From positions 24,775-88,774 of the IMG/VR virus record IMGVR_UViG_3300011979_000363: DNA of 64,000 nt; one strand, 5' to 3'. Shown here piece by piece: positions 1 through 9,113 of the stretch. Position 1 is the first letter of the stretch; the number at the start of each line of letters is the position of its first letter. Source of the stretch: a virus (taxonomy: Duplodnaviria > Caudoviricetes). The notes below the pieces were generated by a model. The model worked only from the letters and a program-made list of their open reading frames with translations, made no database searches and was not told the DNA's origin. The translations under genes and the position numbers were made by a program.

Positions 1-38
1 AAACTCTAAAAAGTTAGGCACACTTGAATATTTAACAC

Positions 39-671
39 TTACTTAGCTTTCTTCATGTAGTTCTCGTCCTTGACAACACGGCACCCCATCGCCTTTGCAA
101 GAGCATGTCCCTTGTCGTTCTTCAAGAACCAGCCATAGTTCTCACGGAATGAATGGCTGCCAGTGGTTTCCATGATGTCGTCCTTAATAGCCTTGGTCTC
201 ACCACGAAGAAGTACACACTTCTCACTGTACTGATAGAAGTGGATGTCCATCTTCTTAATGTCAGCCTTCGTAAGACTGGCAATCTTCAGTTGTTTGGTC
301 TCCTTGTGCTCACTCTTTGTAGTCGTTGCTGCCTTCTTCGTAGACTTACGCCCATGCTTAGGCTTCTCAACGATCTCTTCAGCCTCAGCCTCCTCAACCT
401 GCTGGGGCTTTGCGTTGATGCTGATGCTTGTTGTGCCCTCAGTTGTGGGCTTCAACTCCTCAAAGCGTATCTTTGCAGCCGCATTGATCTCTGCAACCAT
501 ACCGCCTGCCATCTGGCGTAATTCTTCCACGGTCTTGAGCTGCTTGAAAGCGTTGTAAAGCTGCTCAGCGTTGAAATACTTGTTCTCGTTGTTGTTCATG
601 TTGTTCGTCTTCATAATAACGTTTGCCCTATTACGTGTCGGGTCTAACTTTGTAAATAAATTAATGATCAA
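39..671 (-). CDS. hypothetical protein with Lys/Thr-rich linker; true start may be downstream of the annotated one
   Basis: 210-aa ORF co-oriented with neighbours; C-terminal YSEK..LLRGETKAIKDD...GWF segment looks like a small phage/plasmid domain. Confidence 0.7.
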   Translation of the reverse strand: MIINLFTKLDPTRNRANVIMKTNNMNNNENKYFNAEQLYNAFKQLKTVEELRQMAGGMVAEINAAAKIRFEELKPTTEGTTSISINAKPQQVEEAEAEEIVEKPKHGRKSTKKAATTTKSEHKETKQLKIASLTKADIKKMDIHFYQYSEKCVLLRGETKAIKDDIMETTGSHSFRENYGWFLKNDKGHALAKAMGCRVVKDENYMKKAK

Positions 672-867
672 GATTTATGGAGTTAATGATAAGAAAATTC
701 ACTCTGTGCCACGCTCTCCAAAATTTACGTGACTGAGGAATATATGAAGGACTGTACCAAACAGCCGCTCCATACACGACTGAAAACAATGTGACTATAA
801 CATTGTCAGTCATCAGTCCAATTACAACAGGCGCTATAATCAGGCAACCAAGGATATATATTTTCAT
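661..867 (-). CDS. small membrane protein
   Basis: 68 aa with a hydrophobic N-terminal half; stop overlaps the start of the next leftward ORF. Confidence 0.6.
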   Translation of the reverse strand: MKIYILGCLIIAPVVIGLMTDNVIVTLFSVVYGAAVWYSPSYIPQSRKFWRAWHRVNFLIINSINLDH

Positions 868-1102
868 TTCTCGTTCATATCAGCCATTGCAACTCTTTGG
901 GCTGCTTTCAATTCGTGTGCAGCCTTGAAAACGTTCTCATGGTAAGCACCTGCAACAATCAGTGCAAGCGCTAAGATTGTAGACTTTTGTCCATTTTGGA
1001 ATTTGCTCTAATTACGTGTCGAGGCTAACTTCTATAAAAAACAATCGTGGACTGCGGCGGTTTCTCTCCGCCTACAAAGATTATTTTAGCAGTCCTTCCT
1101 CC

Positions 1103-1615
1103 TTAATCATCTAAACCCGATTCCATCCCCCAACAAGCATGAAGTAACTCATTGAACTCTGCTCGCACACTCTTGTTCGTGTCAAGAACGTGCTCAAACT
1201 CTGCTGCAATTCCGTTGTCTGAGTCAAAACAATCGCTCCACTCAGCATCCCAATAACAGGATGCTAATGCTTTTAAGCGACAGCCCAAACAATCGTGCTT
1301 ATAATCGTATTCATCGCTCCACACTGAAAGGATATGCGACTCCTTGGGGTACAGCTTAGCAAAATCAGCACGCAACCCCTTAACGCTCATTGCCTCCCAA
1401 AACATAGAGTCAATAACTGCACACTCCTCATCAGTGCAATCATACATCGCCTGAGAGTTAGCACGCTCACGCTTCACTAACTCCACACGCACGGCTTTTC
1501 GTGGATGATTAGAAGCATAAGCATCGGCTGCATAATGCAAGCCTGCTGCGACCATACACACCACTGTTACCACACCCATCATTTGCTTAATCATAAGCTT
1601 GTTGTAATCTTTCAT
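1103..1615 (-). CDS. hypothetical protein with N-terminal signal/TM segment
   Basis: 170-aa ORF; hydrophobic stretch MMGVVTVVCMVAAGL. Confidence 0.7.
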   Translation of the reverse strand: MKDYNKLMIKQMMGVVTVVCMVAAGLHYAADAYASNHPRKAVRVELVKRERANSQAMYDCTDEECAVIDSMFWEAMSVKGLRADFAKLYPKESHILSVWSDEYDYKHDCLGCRLKALASCYWDAEWSDCFDSDNGIAAEFEHVLDTNKSVRAEFNELLHACWGMESGLDD

Positions 1616-1621
1616 GTTATT

Positions 1622-1927
1622 TTAAGCGTTAACGATATTCTTGAAAATCTCTTTAGCCTCGGCTACAATCTTTGCGGTCATATCCATGATTACACGGCTG
1701 CAACTTGGCACTTCACCATAACCGATGCTATAGATAAATGCAACCTCCTCCACAGTCGTGCCGCGCAACAACTCAGAATAAGCATCCTGATACGCGCAGT
1801 CCAAATCTGATATGTAATTGTCAGCGCGACCTCTATTATCTCTGCGCTGCATCATATCGATTATTTTCTGCATCATTTTCTTGTTTGTCATATCTATTCG
1901 CAGCCCCCACACAAGAGCGTGCTGCAC
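1622..1927 (-). CDS. hypothetical protein
   Basis: 101-aa ORF tightly packed in the leftward cluster. Confidence 0.6.
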   Translation of the reverse strand: MQHALVWGLRIDMTNKKMMQKIIDMMQRRDNRGRADNYISDLDCAYQDAYSELLRGTTVEEVAFIYSIGYGEVPSCSRVIMDMTAKIVAEAKEIFKNIVNA

Positions 1928-1943
1928 GTGCTTTAGTCGTTTA

Positions 1944-2309
1944 TTAATAATTCTTGTGATGGCTGTATACGCATGTTAAACGGCTGCCATCAAACCGCCT
2001 AACTGAGACCACCTTGCCCATGCTGGTCTTATCGTGGCCACCACGGGCGCAATGTTTCTTGAAACGTCCGCCTGTGGCGCATGCCTTGACTCTTATATAC
2101 AAGTGCTCAGACTTGCGCTTCTCACGTGCGATCTTACGCTCACGTGAACGGATCGCCCTTGCTGCCTCTTTCGGCGTTCCATACTCTATGTAGAAACGTT
2201 CATCACGGATCCGCTGTATTGCGTGCGCCAGAGCTATTGCCTCCCTTCTTGACTTGCAACCTCCTGCTTGCATAATGTGCGACTTAACCGATAATATGTC
2301 GTAGGACAT
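1944..2309 (-). CDS. basic hypothetical protein
   Basis: 121-aa Arg/Lys-rich ORF with A-rich upstream region. Confidence 0.65.
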   Translation of the reverse strand: MSYDILSVKSHIMQAGGCKSRREAIALAHAIQRIRDERFYIEYGTPKEAARAIRSRERKIAREKRKSEHLYIRVKACATGGRFKKHCARGGHDKTSMGKVVSVRRFDGSRLTCVYSHHKNY

Positions 2310-2377
2310 GGTTAGTGGGTGTGGGGGACACGACCCCCCACTGAGCAGATAACGTCACTCTGCACCCTTAGAAAACC

Positions 2378-3040
2378 TTAGGCAGTCTTTACGTTGAGAT
2401 CGATGGGTGCTGTCACCTTCTTCTCAGAGATCACCCAATTGCCATTTGCAGTCTTGGCAACGTGCACCCAATTGGCGTGGTCATTGTCGCCCATGTTGAT
2501 GTACCCCTCGGCCAGCTTGTTGGCTTCCGATACGCTGTCTGCGACCTCCTTCTTCGTGTCAGCAAAGTACTTGCTATCGTACAGGCCTTGCAGTATAAGG
2601 TCAGCAGTGACCTTCACGTCTGTAGACTTGTCAAAAGTTGGATCGTTGGCGTTCTTCATGGACTTCCACTCCCACACCTTCACGGCTGAGGACTTGGCCT
2701 CCTCCTTGTAGAGAGCGTAGTCTTTTTCCGCTATGCAGACCTTAACGGCTGCCTTCTTGCGGACAAAGTATTCACGCTTGTCCACTGAACCCTCAGACGT
2801 GAAGCCGGCATACCATGCCTTCTTAATGTCGGTAGCCTTCACTACCCCATTCTTCGATGATGGAATGTCGAGAATGTTCCATGCCTCGTGAGCGGTACAT
2901 GTCTGAGCGTTCTTGCCCCTGCCGATGGTAAGGGTTTGACAGTCGTTCAACTGCTTCGTCACCTGCTTCCAAGTGTAGGCCTGAGCCTTCTTTGCACTCA
3001 CTACCTGCTTTGTTGTCTTCTTGTCTTCTGTGTACATCAT
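2378..3040 (-). CDS. hypothetical protein
   Basis: 220-aa ORF with strongly biased codon usage (many AAG/GAC/GCC), AT-rich initiation region. Confidence 0.8.
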   Translation of the reverse strand: MMYTEDKKTTKQVVSAKKAQAYTWKQVTKQLNDCQTLTIGRGKNAQTCTAHEAWNILDIPSSKNGVVKATDIKKAWYAGFTSEGSVDKREYFVRKKAAVKVCIAEKDYALYKEEAKSSAVKVWEWKSMKNANDPTFDKSTDVKVTADLILQGLYDSKYFADTKKEVADSVSEANKLAEGYINMGDNDHANWVHVAKTANGNWVISEKKVTAPIDLNVKTA

Positions 3041-3062
3041 AGTTGTAAAATTTTATGGTTAA

Positions 3063-3603
3063 TATTGTAGCAGGGGGTGGAGTCGAACCACCCCTTGTGC
3101 CATGCAAAGAAGTCCTAAGCTACAACTTGGGCTATTACAAACAATTGTGTTGCTTTAATAGCCGACCGAACGGAGTCTGCGTACCTATAGAGTTAGGGGT
3201 GCCAATCTCCCCAAAGCCCGCTAATATTGGCGTCACATGTCAATACATCACGGCAGACTCTGTCCTGCTATACATACAGATCGTTTCTATTCCTCCTGTG
3301 CTATTGCGGCTACACTGCATCCACGTACAATCATGCCTACGGAGTTCGACTAATTCGGCTTTTCTCTAATAAGATACTCAATTGAACCTCCCCCCGAAAG
3401 GAGAGCACACATTATGATCCAACCTACCTAAACTCGGTCTTTTCACTGTGGTAGCCTTATCCGATAGTGCACTCGGTCTATCAAGGGTTAAAACGCATAC
3501 CTTATACCCTCCTGCGCGCTTTCGCTACAATACTAAATTCTTGTAGCAAGGTATTTCAGTAAATTAAAGAACTCAGTGTCAAATCGTTGTTGTTTCGTTT
3601 TGA
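3063..3603 (-). ncRNA. candidate structured ncRNA or leader with tRNA-like T-arm at its 3' end
   Basis: ~50% GC, no convincing ORF; minus-strand GGTGG-TTCGACT-CCACC hairpin (3074-3094); helices 3130-37/3156-63, 3173-80/3253-60, 3201-06/3226-31; UUCG hairpin 3388-3405; terminal helix 3063-71/3524-32. Confidence 0.55.
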
Positions 3604-3609
3604 CATTAG

Positions 3610-3641
3610 CAGATATAGGACTATTTGTTTGTCCCTACAAA
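3610..3641 (-). promoter_or_regulatory. near-consensus Bacteroidetes sigmaA promoter
   Basis: minus strand TTTG-N20-TATATCTG (one mismatch to TAnnTTTG). Confidence 0.5.
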
Positions 3642-4057
3642 TGCTTTCTGAAAGAAATTTTGGAAGGACTTTTTAGCTATTAAGGTACGTGTGTACATAT
3701 AACTATTGTGTTGCTAATGGAAAAAATGTTTACAGATTTAGTTAAAAAGTGTGAAAAACATGAGGTTTTTACACATAAATTTATACAGATTTTAACAGTT
3801 CGAGGCACCTAAAAATTGTTTAATGTTTTTACTCATGGTAAAAAATCTTTACAACTTATTTTGGGGGTGGTAAAAAGGCTGGGATGTCAGTGTTTATGCG
3901 GTCTGAGCAAAATTTCAAAATTACGTTTCACTAATGTAGGAAGTGAAACAAGGTTTTGCCGAAAATCTATATAAATGTATCGTAATACGCTGAAAATCAA
4001 TGAAAAAAGACAGGAGGGTGGGGCGGCTGGTCGGGAGTCCACACACAAAATTTTTCC

Positions 4058-4393
4058 CATTTTCAAATCCGTTTTTTGAAATCTATACAAACTGGGCATC
4101 TTTTCACCCCTTACTTTTACTCACCCCCATCTCCTATCCACTCTCAAACTTTCCACATACCTTGTTTTTCGCAATATTTGGAACGATTTTTTACCCTCTG
4201 ATAACTTGCCCACAAACGGAATTTGAAGCGAAATTTACCTACTTTCTGAGCTTCTGAGACAATCTTTACATATCCTCTACTCTATCCTAAACATCTTTCA
4301 ATATCCACCAAAAAATTCTCATTTTACCCCCTGCAAACTCTTATATATCCATTTCCCCAAAATTTTTCTGGCTCATTTTCAAATCCGTTTTTT
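4058..4393 (+). repeat. 20-bp direct repeat pair in a long non-coding region
   Basis: CATTTTCAAATCCGTTTTTT at 4058-4077 and 4374-4393. Confidence 0.85.
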
Positions 4394-4689
4394 CAATTTT
4401 CAATACTGGAGTGCTTAGCAATTCTTGTTTTCATTCTTCTACACGCTTCATCTTTGCCCAAACTCTCTAAATTTTTCCATAACTTTGAAGTTTTCCTCTC
4501 AAAAGTTACCTTATGGTTTGAAGAATTTTGAATGATGTCTTTACAAATATACTGAGAAGTTCTCTACATAAGAAGCGTCCGTAAGGACAGGGCGACAGCC
4601 ACAAAACACAAAAATCATGCTCTAAAAACATCTTTTGAACCAGCCAAATAGAAAATTTTTAGTGTTTATTGAAAAAAGTCTCGAAAAAA

Positions 4690-4721
4690 TTTGGAGGATA
4701 TTAATATTCTGAGTAACTTTG
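4690..4721 (+). promoter_or_regulatory. Bacteroidetes sigmaA promoter
   Basis: TTTG (4690-93)-N20-TAACTTTG (4714-21), perfect consensus. Confidence 0.8.
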
Positions 4722-4726
4722 CCGAT

Positions 4727-4862
4727 GTGATGATGGATTGAAGTGCTGCACATGAAATCATACGGATGAATGCTTATTTAATATAAGACATAAATATTTG
4801 CCGAAAGGCGCAAGAAATCCGCAATGGTTGCAGCACATTTACCATTGCGGACGTATTGTTTT
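4727..4862 (+). ncRNA. structured leader or small RNA with possible pseudoknot
   Basis: GCC-GAAA-GGC hairpin (4800-4809); 11-bp stem 4818-28/4841-51 whose loop TGCAGCAC is complementary to GTGCTGCA at 4743-50. Confidence 0.5.
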
Positions 4863-4909
4863 TAAGCGCTTCCACTTCTTTCCTGACTCACTTGACTATT
4901 AAAATATAG

Positions 4910-6205
4910 ATGGCCAAACATGGAGTCATAAATTTGCCTGAGCGTATTCTTATTGATGCATTCAATGAGAGAACTGCTAATAGATTGGGAGCATTAGCAA
5001 TGTCACTTTCAATCAAGGCTAACTTTGTTGACTCCAAAATCCACGACTATGTTGAAAAGCGTTACAGTACTACTTATCAAATCGGTAAGCAGACATTAAA
5101 TCGTTACATAGAGGCTGGAGAGAAGTTTGGTCTACTCGATCTTTCTGAACGCAGACGCTATTATGCTAAAGGTTCTTGTAAATCTCATCAAGATCGCCCC
5201 TGGTATGTTTCCAAAAACGGTAGGGGTACTATGGTTAAGGATTTACTTGCACCATCATTCAAAAAGGTCAGAAAAGAAAAATGTATCAAGCTTTATACCA
5301 TTGATCTGAGAGCTGAAGGTCATGGTGTATGGTTATATGTGAAAACTGATTCATACGATTATAAGGCAAAAGTAGAAGCTGAATCAGGAGTTTGCCAAAG
5401 TATCAAAAACATTATTCAATTGCTGAGAGATGTCTATGTATTGCTTCTCAAACAAAATCATAACGGCTGGTGCGGACAGCATAGCAGGAGTGAGGATTCG
5501 TTGTGCAAGCAATATGTCGGGGAGTCTGAGGATGATTATCCACACGCTCCAGCACCGACTAAAGAATGCAAAAAACTGGCGGTATCGTTAGATGATAGGC
5601 TTTATGTAGGTCACATCAGCAGTTACAATGGCAAAGACAGCGTTGACAAAATTCTGAAATGTCTGGATAGTCCTCTATTCAGTAGAGGTATTCTTGTACG
5701 TACACTGAAAGACATGCATGAGCGTGGCTTAATCCAGTGTGTAATCAACTATCTACTTATCAAAGATTTCTCCAATCTGAAAAAGGCTGAAGGCAAACCT
5801 GTAAGCATAAAGGATTGCCCTTATGACGATCCTATCAAAAAATGCATTTGGGAAAGTTCTCAGTCTTGCTTCAACGACTACATGGCCGTAGCAAATCAAA
5901 GAAGAGAATATCTTAACGTCTATGATGACAAATCAGGACGCTTCTTATTTAATCTTATGGATTCTGGAAGGTGTTGGTTTGGTAGAGGTGAAGACAATGA
6001 AGACTGCTGCTATATTAGATTAGCAAACTCTTATCGTTGTACTTCATATCTGAGAGGTATTGATAGACGTGAGTTTAGAAGAACTTCCAGTAAGACTTCT
6101 ACAACTACATCTACAAAGACTCCCAATAGAGTTATAGATGGCTCAAGAGAGAATCCCCTAACGGGAGTTGTGGCACAGCCTGCTGAGGTCTTTTGTAGAG
6201 CTTAA
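4910..6205 (+). CDS. hypothetical protein, possible wHTH replication initiator
   Basis: 431-aa ORF; N-terminal HTH-like segment (YQIGKQTLNRYIEAGEKFGLL); adjacent to a long non-coding block. Confidence 0.5.
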   Translation: MAKHGVINLPERILIDAFNERTANRLGALAMSLSIKANFVDSKIHDYVEKRYSTTYQIGKQTLNRYIEAGEKFGLLDLSERRRYYAKGSCKSHQDRPWYVSKNGRGTMVKDLLAPSFKKVRKEKCIKLYTIDLRAEGHGVWLYVKTDSYDYKAKVEAESGVCQSIKNIIQLLRDVYVLLLKQNHNGWCGQHSRSEDSLCKQYVGESEDDYPHAPAPTKECKKLAVSLDDRLYVGHISSYNGKDSVDKILKCLDSPLFSRGILVRTLKDMHERGLIQCVINYLLIKDFSNLKKAEGKPVSIKDCPYDDPIKKCIWESSQSCFNDYMAVANQRREYLNVYDDKSGRFLFNLMDSGRCWFGRGEDNEDCCYIRLANSYRCTSYLRGIDRREFRRTSSKTSTTTSTKTPNRVIDGSRENPLTGVVAQPAEVFCRA

Positions 6206-6403
6206 AGTAGGGAGGGTATAAATTGAAACAATATAATAGTGTATAATAGTATTATACTCCTTCCTAATAGATATATAACCCTTTTATAACGTTTATAACA
6301 GTTTAAGGGGGTCTTAGGGGAATAACAAAACTCTCAGCATAAGGCGTAAGCCGTTAAACAAAACAGTTGATGAAGGCAGTGTATATAGATAAAACTTTCA
6401 GTA

Positions 6404-7156
6404 ATGAAAAAGAATTATTTACTCTATGCAAGTGGCTCATGTAATAGCACTTCTCATCAGTATGGCCAAGCAGGATGGTCTTACATTCTTATGGACAACG
6501 AAGGTACAATTATAGATCAGCGTAAAGAATACGTTGATTGGAGTACTGAAAACAAAATGGTATTAAGGGCAATCTATGAGGGTTGTAAAGCAATTAAGGA
6601 TTGGAGTGCTGATGTAACAGTATATTGTAATTCTGACTATGCTGCTGGAGTAATGTCAGGTAAGTATATTGCTCAGGCTAATCTGGACATTATCAACCCC
6701 CATAAACGTGAAAATGGAGAAAGACTTCATATCACTTACAAAGTAGTTAAGAGCACGAACAAGACATTAAAACCAGTTAGAAAAGTTATAGATGCAGCCA
6801 AACATGTCACTTCTAAAACAGCTACTCATCGTAAATCTGCTGACGTTTATACAATTCAAGCTGATGTAACAAGGAACGTTGCAGAGAATACTTACACTGG
6901 TCATTATGCTGTATTCAAAAATCATAAGTTAGCTTACGATAACAAGTTTATAAGTTTCAAGCCTTCAGCTTCTCAGGTTATATGTGAATGTGTTTATGAA
7001 GCCTCTATGCTTGTACCTATTGGTTCTACAATGCAAGTAATTCTATCACATAAGATAGCGAATGAACCAGAACATTATGTAGGCGACAAATACACTGAGA
7101 ATAGTCTTATGACTGTTTATGGTTATAAATATAACATTTCAATAAAATGTGTTTAG
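6404..7156 (+). CDS. RNase HI-fold protein lacking the catalytic acidic residues
   Basis: YASGSC...QAGWSY...STENKMVLRAI...VTVYCNSDY aligns by eye to YTDGSC...GGWG...TTNNRMELTA...V.LYTDSQY. Confidence 0.7.
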   Translation: MKKNYLLYASGSCNSTSHQYGQAGWSYILMDNEGTIIDQRKEYVDWSTENKMVLRAIYEGCKAIKDWSADVTVYCNSDYAAGVMSGKYIAQANLDIINPHKRENGERLHITYKVVKSTNKTLKPVRKVIDAAKHVTSKTATHRKSADVYTIQADVTRNVAENTYTGHYAVFKNHKLAYDNKFISFKPSASQVICECVYEASMLVPIGSTMQVILSHKIANEPEHYVGDKYTENSLMTVYGYKYNISIKCV

Positions 7157-7170
7157 CCGAACAACATAAA

Positions 7171-7206
7171 AAAGCCTGTCAGTTTTCCATCCAACTGACA
7201 GGCTTT
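7171..7206. terminator. bidirectional intrinsic terminator
   Basis: 14-bp stem AAAGCCTGTCAGTT/AACTGACAGGCTTT between convergent genes. Confidence 0.85.
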
Positions 7207-7260
7207 CCTCATATCTAACAAAACTTTATAGAAAACAATTAATCATTCAATCTATAATAG

Positions 7261-7461
7261 TCATTTCTGACTTTTCTTCCACCACCTTTTCTTAGGCTTC
7301 TTTTTCTCAAACAAGAAGCAAGCCTTAGTCGTTGGCATTATGTTCATCGGCATGATGTCGTTATGAGCTATCTTATAACATTGTCCAGCCTTAATTTTTG
7401 CGTTTCCACGTGGCAGCTTAGCCCATATACATTTCTTGCAGAATAATTGATTTTTGGCCAT
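7261..7461 (-). CDS. small Cys-containing basic protein
   Basis: 66 aa, CKKC plus further Cys, basic C-terminus. Confidence 0.6.
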   Translation of the reverse strand: MAKNQLFCKKCIWAKLPRGNAKIKAGQCYKIAHNDIMPMNIMPTTKACFLFEKKKPKKRWWKKSQK

Positions 7462-7486
7462 ATTCTGACGTTATTTGAATGTTTTA

Positions 7487-7927
7487 CTATTCGTGCCTGA
7501 ACACGTCCATCAGCTTCGTCTCTTTCAGAGCAACGGATTCATAGTCGATCGTAGTGCCCTTCATAACCTCATTGATATATGCCAGTGCTTTGTCCATTGA
7601 CTTAGCCTGGATTAAATAAGTCATTGCTGATCGTTTCTCATTACCTTTATCTGTAGTTGTGATGAACTCTAATTTAGCTGCATAATAGCGGTCATCTTCC
7701 TCGTTGTCTGAGAAGAACGCTTCTAAATACTGAGCAATCTTCATCCCAGTGATGTCAAAGTCGCCGGAGATATAGTTTTTCAACTCCTTTGTGATTGTTG
7801 CCTCCGCTTCTGTGAATGATAAGGCATCTACGGCATAGCTTTCTGAGACGTTTTTCATCGCTCCATTCTCAGCTACTTTCTCATACTTAACTGTTACTTC
7901 AAACCATTTTGCTGTTACTGATTTCAT
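7487..7927 (-). CDS. DUF4494-family protein
   Basis: WFEVTVKYEK...ESYAVDALSFTEAEA..I and YLIQAKS...ETKLMDVF, typical of this Bacteroidetes family. Confidence 0.85.
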   Translation of the reverse strand: MKSVTAKWFEVTVKYEKVAENGAMKNVSESYAVDALSFTEAEATITKELKNYISGDFDITGMKIAQYLEAFFSDNEEDDRYYAAKLEFITTTDKGNEKRSAMTYLIQAKSMDKALAYINEVMKGTTIDYESVALKETKLMDVFRHE

Positions 7928-8066
7928 GTTGTTTGTCTTTTAGTTGTTGTTATTAATGTTATTGCTTTTTCTCTGAGCATATAAAGCCAAAATGTTTGTT
8001 ATACCATTTGTTGTCGGCTTGTTTCCCAAGTCTGACATGATGTCTCCTATCAGTCGTGGTTCTCTT

Positions 8067-8333
8067 TCAAACATTTTTCTGTAAGCTTGATAACGGCAGC
8101 CAACTTACTCCCCATACTACTCCTTTTATGTCAGCTTTGATGTAGTCTTTTGGGCAGAAGTTTACCGGGTTGAAATTATGAATCTGAGTGAATCCATGCA
8201 ATACTGTATTTGAATGTTGCTTATGTGCTTCCATGTGCAGCATGATGTTCATTCCTGCTGGCGGATACTTCTCAAATGAATTCCAGTGTGCATTTATCAT
8301 TTCCCTCTTTGTCATCATCTGTGTCGTCTCCAT
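8067..8333 (-). CDS. hypothetical protein
   Basis: 88-aa ORF in the leftward cluster; start uncertain. Confidence 0.55.
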   Translation of the reverse strand: METTQMMTKREMINAHWNSFEKYPPAGMNIMLHMEAHKQHSNTVLHGFTQIHNFNPVNFCPKDYIKADIKGVVWGVSWLPLSSLQKNV

Positions 8334-8736
8334 TGTTTGTTTCAGAAATTAAGATATGTTCTACTGGTAAGTCTTTGTTTGTGTAAAATTCTTCAGCTTC
8401 TTTTTCAGCTTCTTTCAGGAGTTTTCTTATGGCTGTTGAATTATATGGCTTCAATTTGCTTTGAAGCACTTTTGTCATTCCGTATATCAGCTTTTGAATG
8501 TTCCCCTTCGTAATGGCATGAGCCGTTGGGACATGTCCTATATTGTCTAATGGGAAGTCTGATATTCTCCAACCAAAAGCATAAAGCTTGTTTCCAACGT
8601 GAGCTATCAGAATACTTGCTGATGTTATTTCATCCTCACTTCTGAAGTCGATGCTGTCTACAGCTTTATATTCGCCAATCTCATTTGTCTCGTCATTGAT
8701 TGGCTGCATCATTGCGTAATATTGTCTAATTGTCAT
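8272..8736 (-). CDS. hypothetical protein
   Basis: 154-aa ORF, ATGA-type overlap with upstream gene. Confidence 0.7.
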   Translation of the reverse strand: MTIRQYYAMMQPINDETNEIGEYKAVDSIDFRSEDEITSASILIAHVGNKLYAFGWRISDFPLDNIGHVPTAHAITKGNIQKLIYGMTKVLQSKLKPYNSTAIRKLLKEAEKEAEEFYTNKDLPVEHILISETNNGDDTDDDKEGNDKCTLEFI

Positions 8737-9113
8737 AATAATGGGTTCTTGTTTTTTCTATGAGCGATAACAATTGCGTCCTGCTTTATAAAGAAGCGTC
8801 CTTTGTTGCCGAACTTTTTGGCACTTATAAGTTTTCTACGTACATTGTCGAACTTTTCGATTAAGTCTACGAGTATACTATCACTGACATGCCCCAGATG
8901 AAAATATACACATCCGTCTATGTTAGTGCAGTCCTTAACAGTGCGTTCCTTGAAGTAGATCTCAGGCTTCCCGTTTATCATGGTTGGTTGTCCTTTGAAA
9001 TCTTCAAGTGTTGCGTCTAATGCCACGACAGTTATGTCATGATCATCATGGTACGTTTCCCATTCAAAGCAGATATTCTTATCTTTGTTAGTTATATTCT
9101 TCATTTTCCTCAA
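8733..9113 (-). CDS. hypothetical protein
   Basis: 126-aa ORF overlapping both neighbours. Confidence 0.7.
   Translation of the reverse strand: MRKMKNITNKDKNICFEWETYHDDHDITVVALDATLEDFKGQPTMINGKPEIYFKERTVKDCTNIDGCVYFHLGHVSDSILVDLIEKFDNVRRKLISAKKFGNKGRFFIKQDAIVIAHRKNKNPLL

Noticed and set aside
3063-3270. Canonical tRNA or tmRNA gene
   Set aside because: Only the T-arm and a possible acceptor strand fit; no D-arm or anticodon arm at correct spacing, no CCA, and the short ORF is misplaced for a tag
4727-4862. c-di-GMP-I riboswitch or hammerhead ribozyme
   Set aside because: GAAA hairpin and GCGCAA resemble part of the riboswitch, but GCAAAC is missing; no CUGAUGA core
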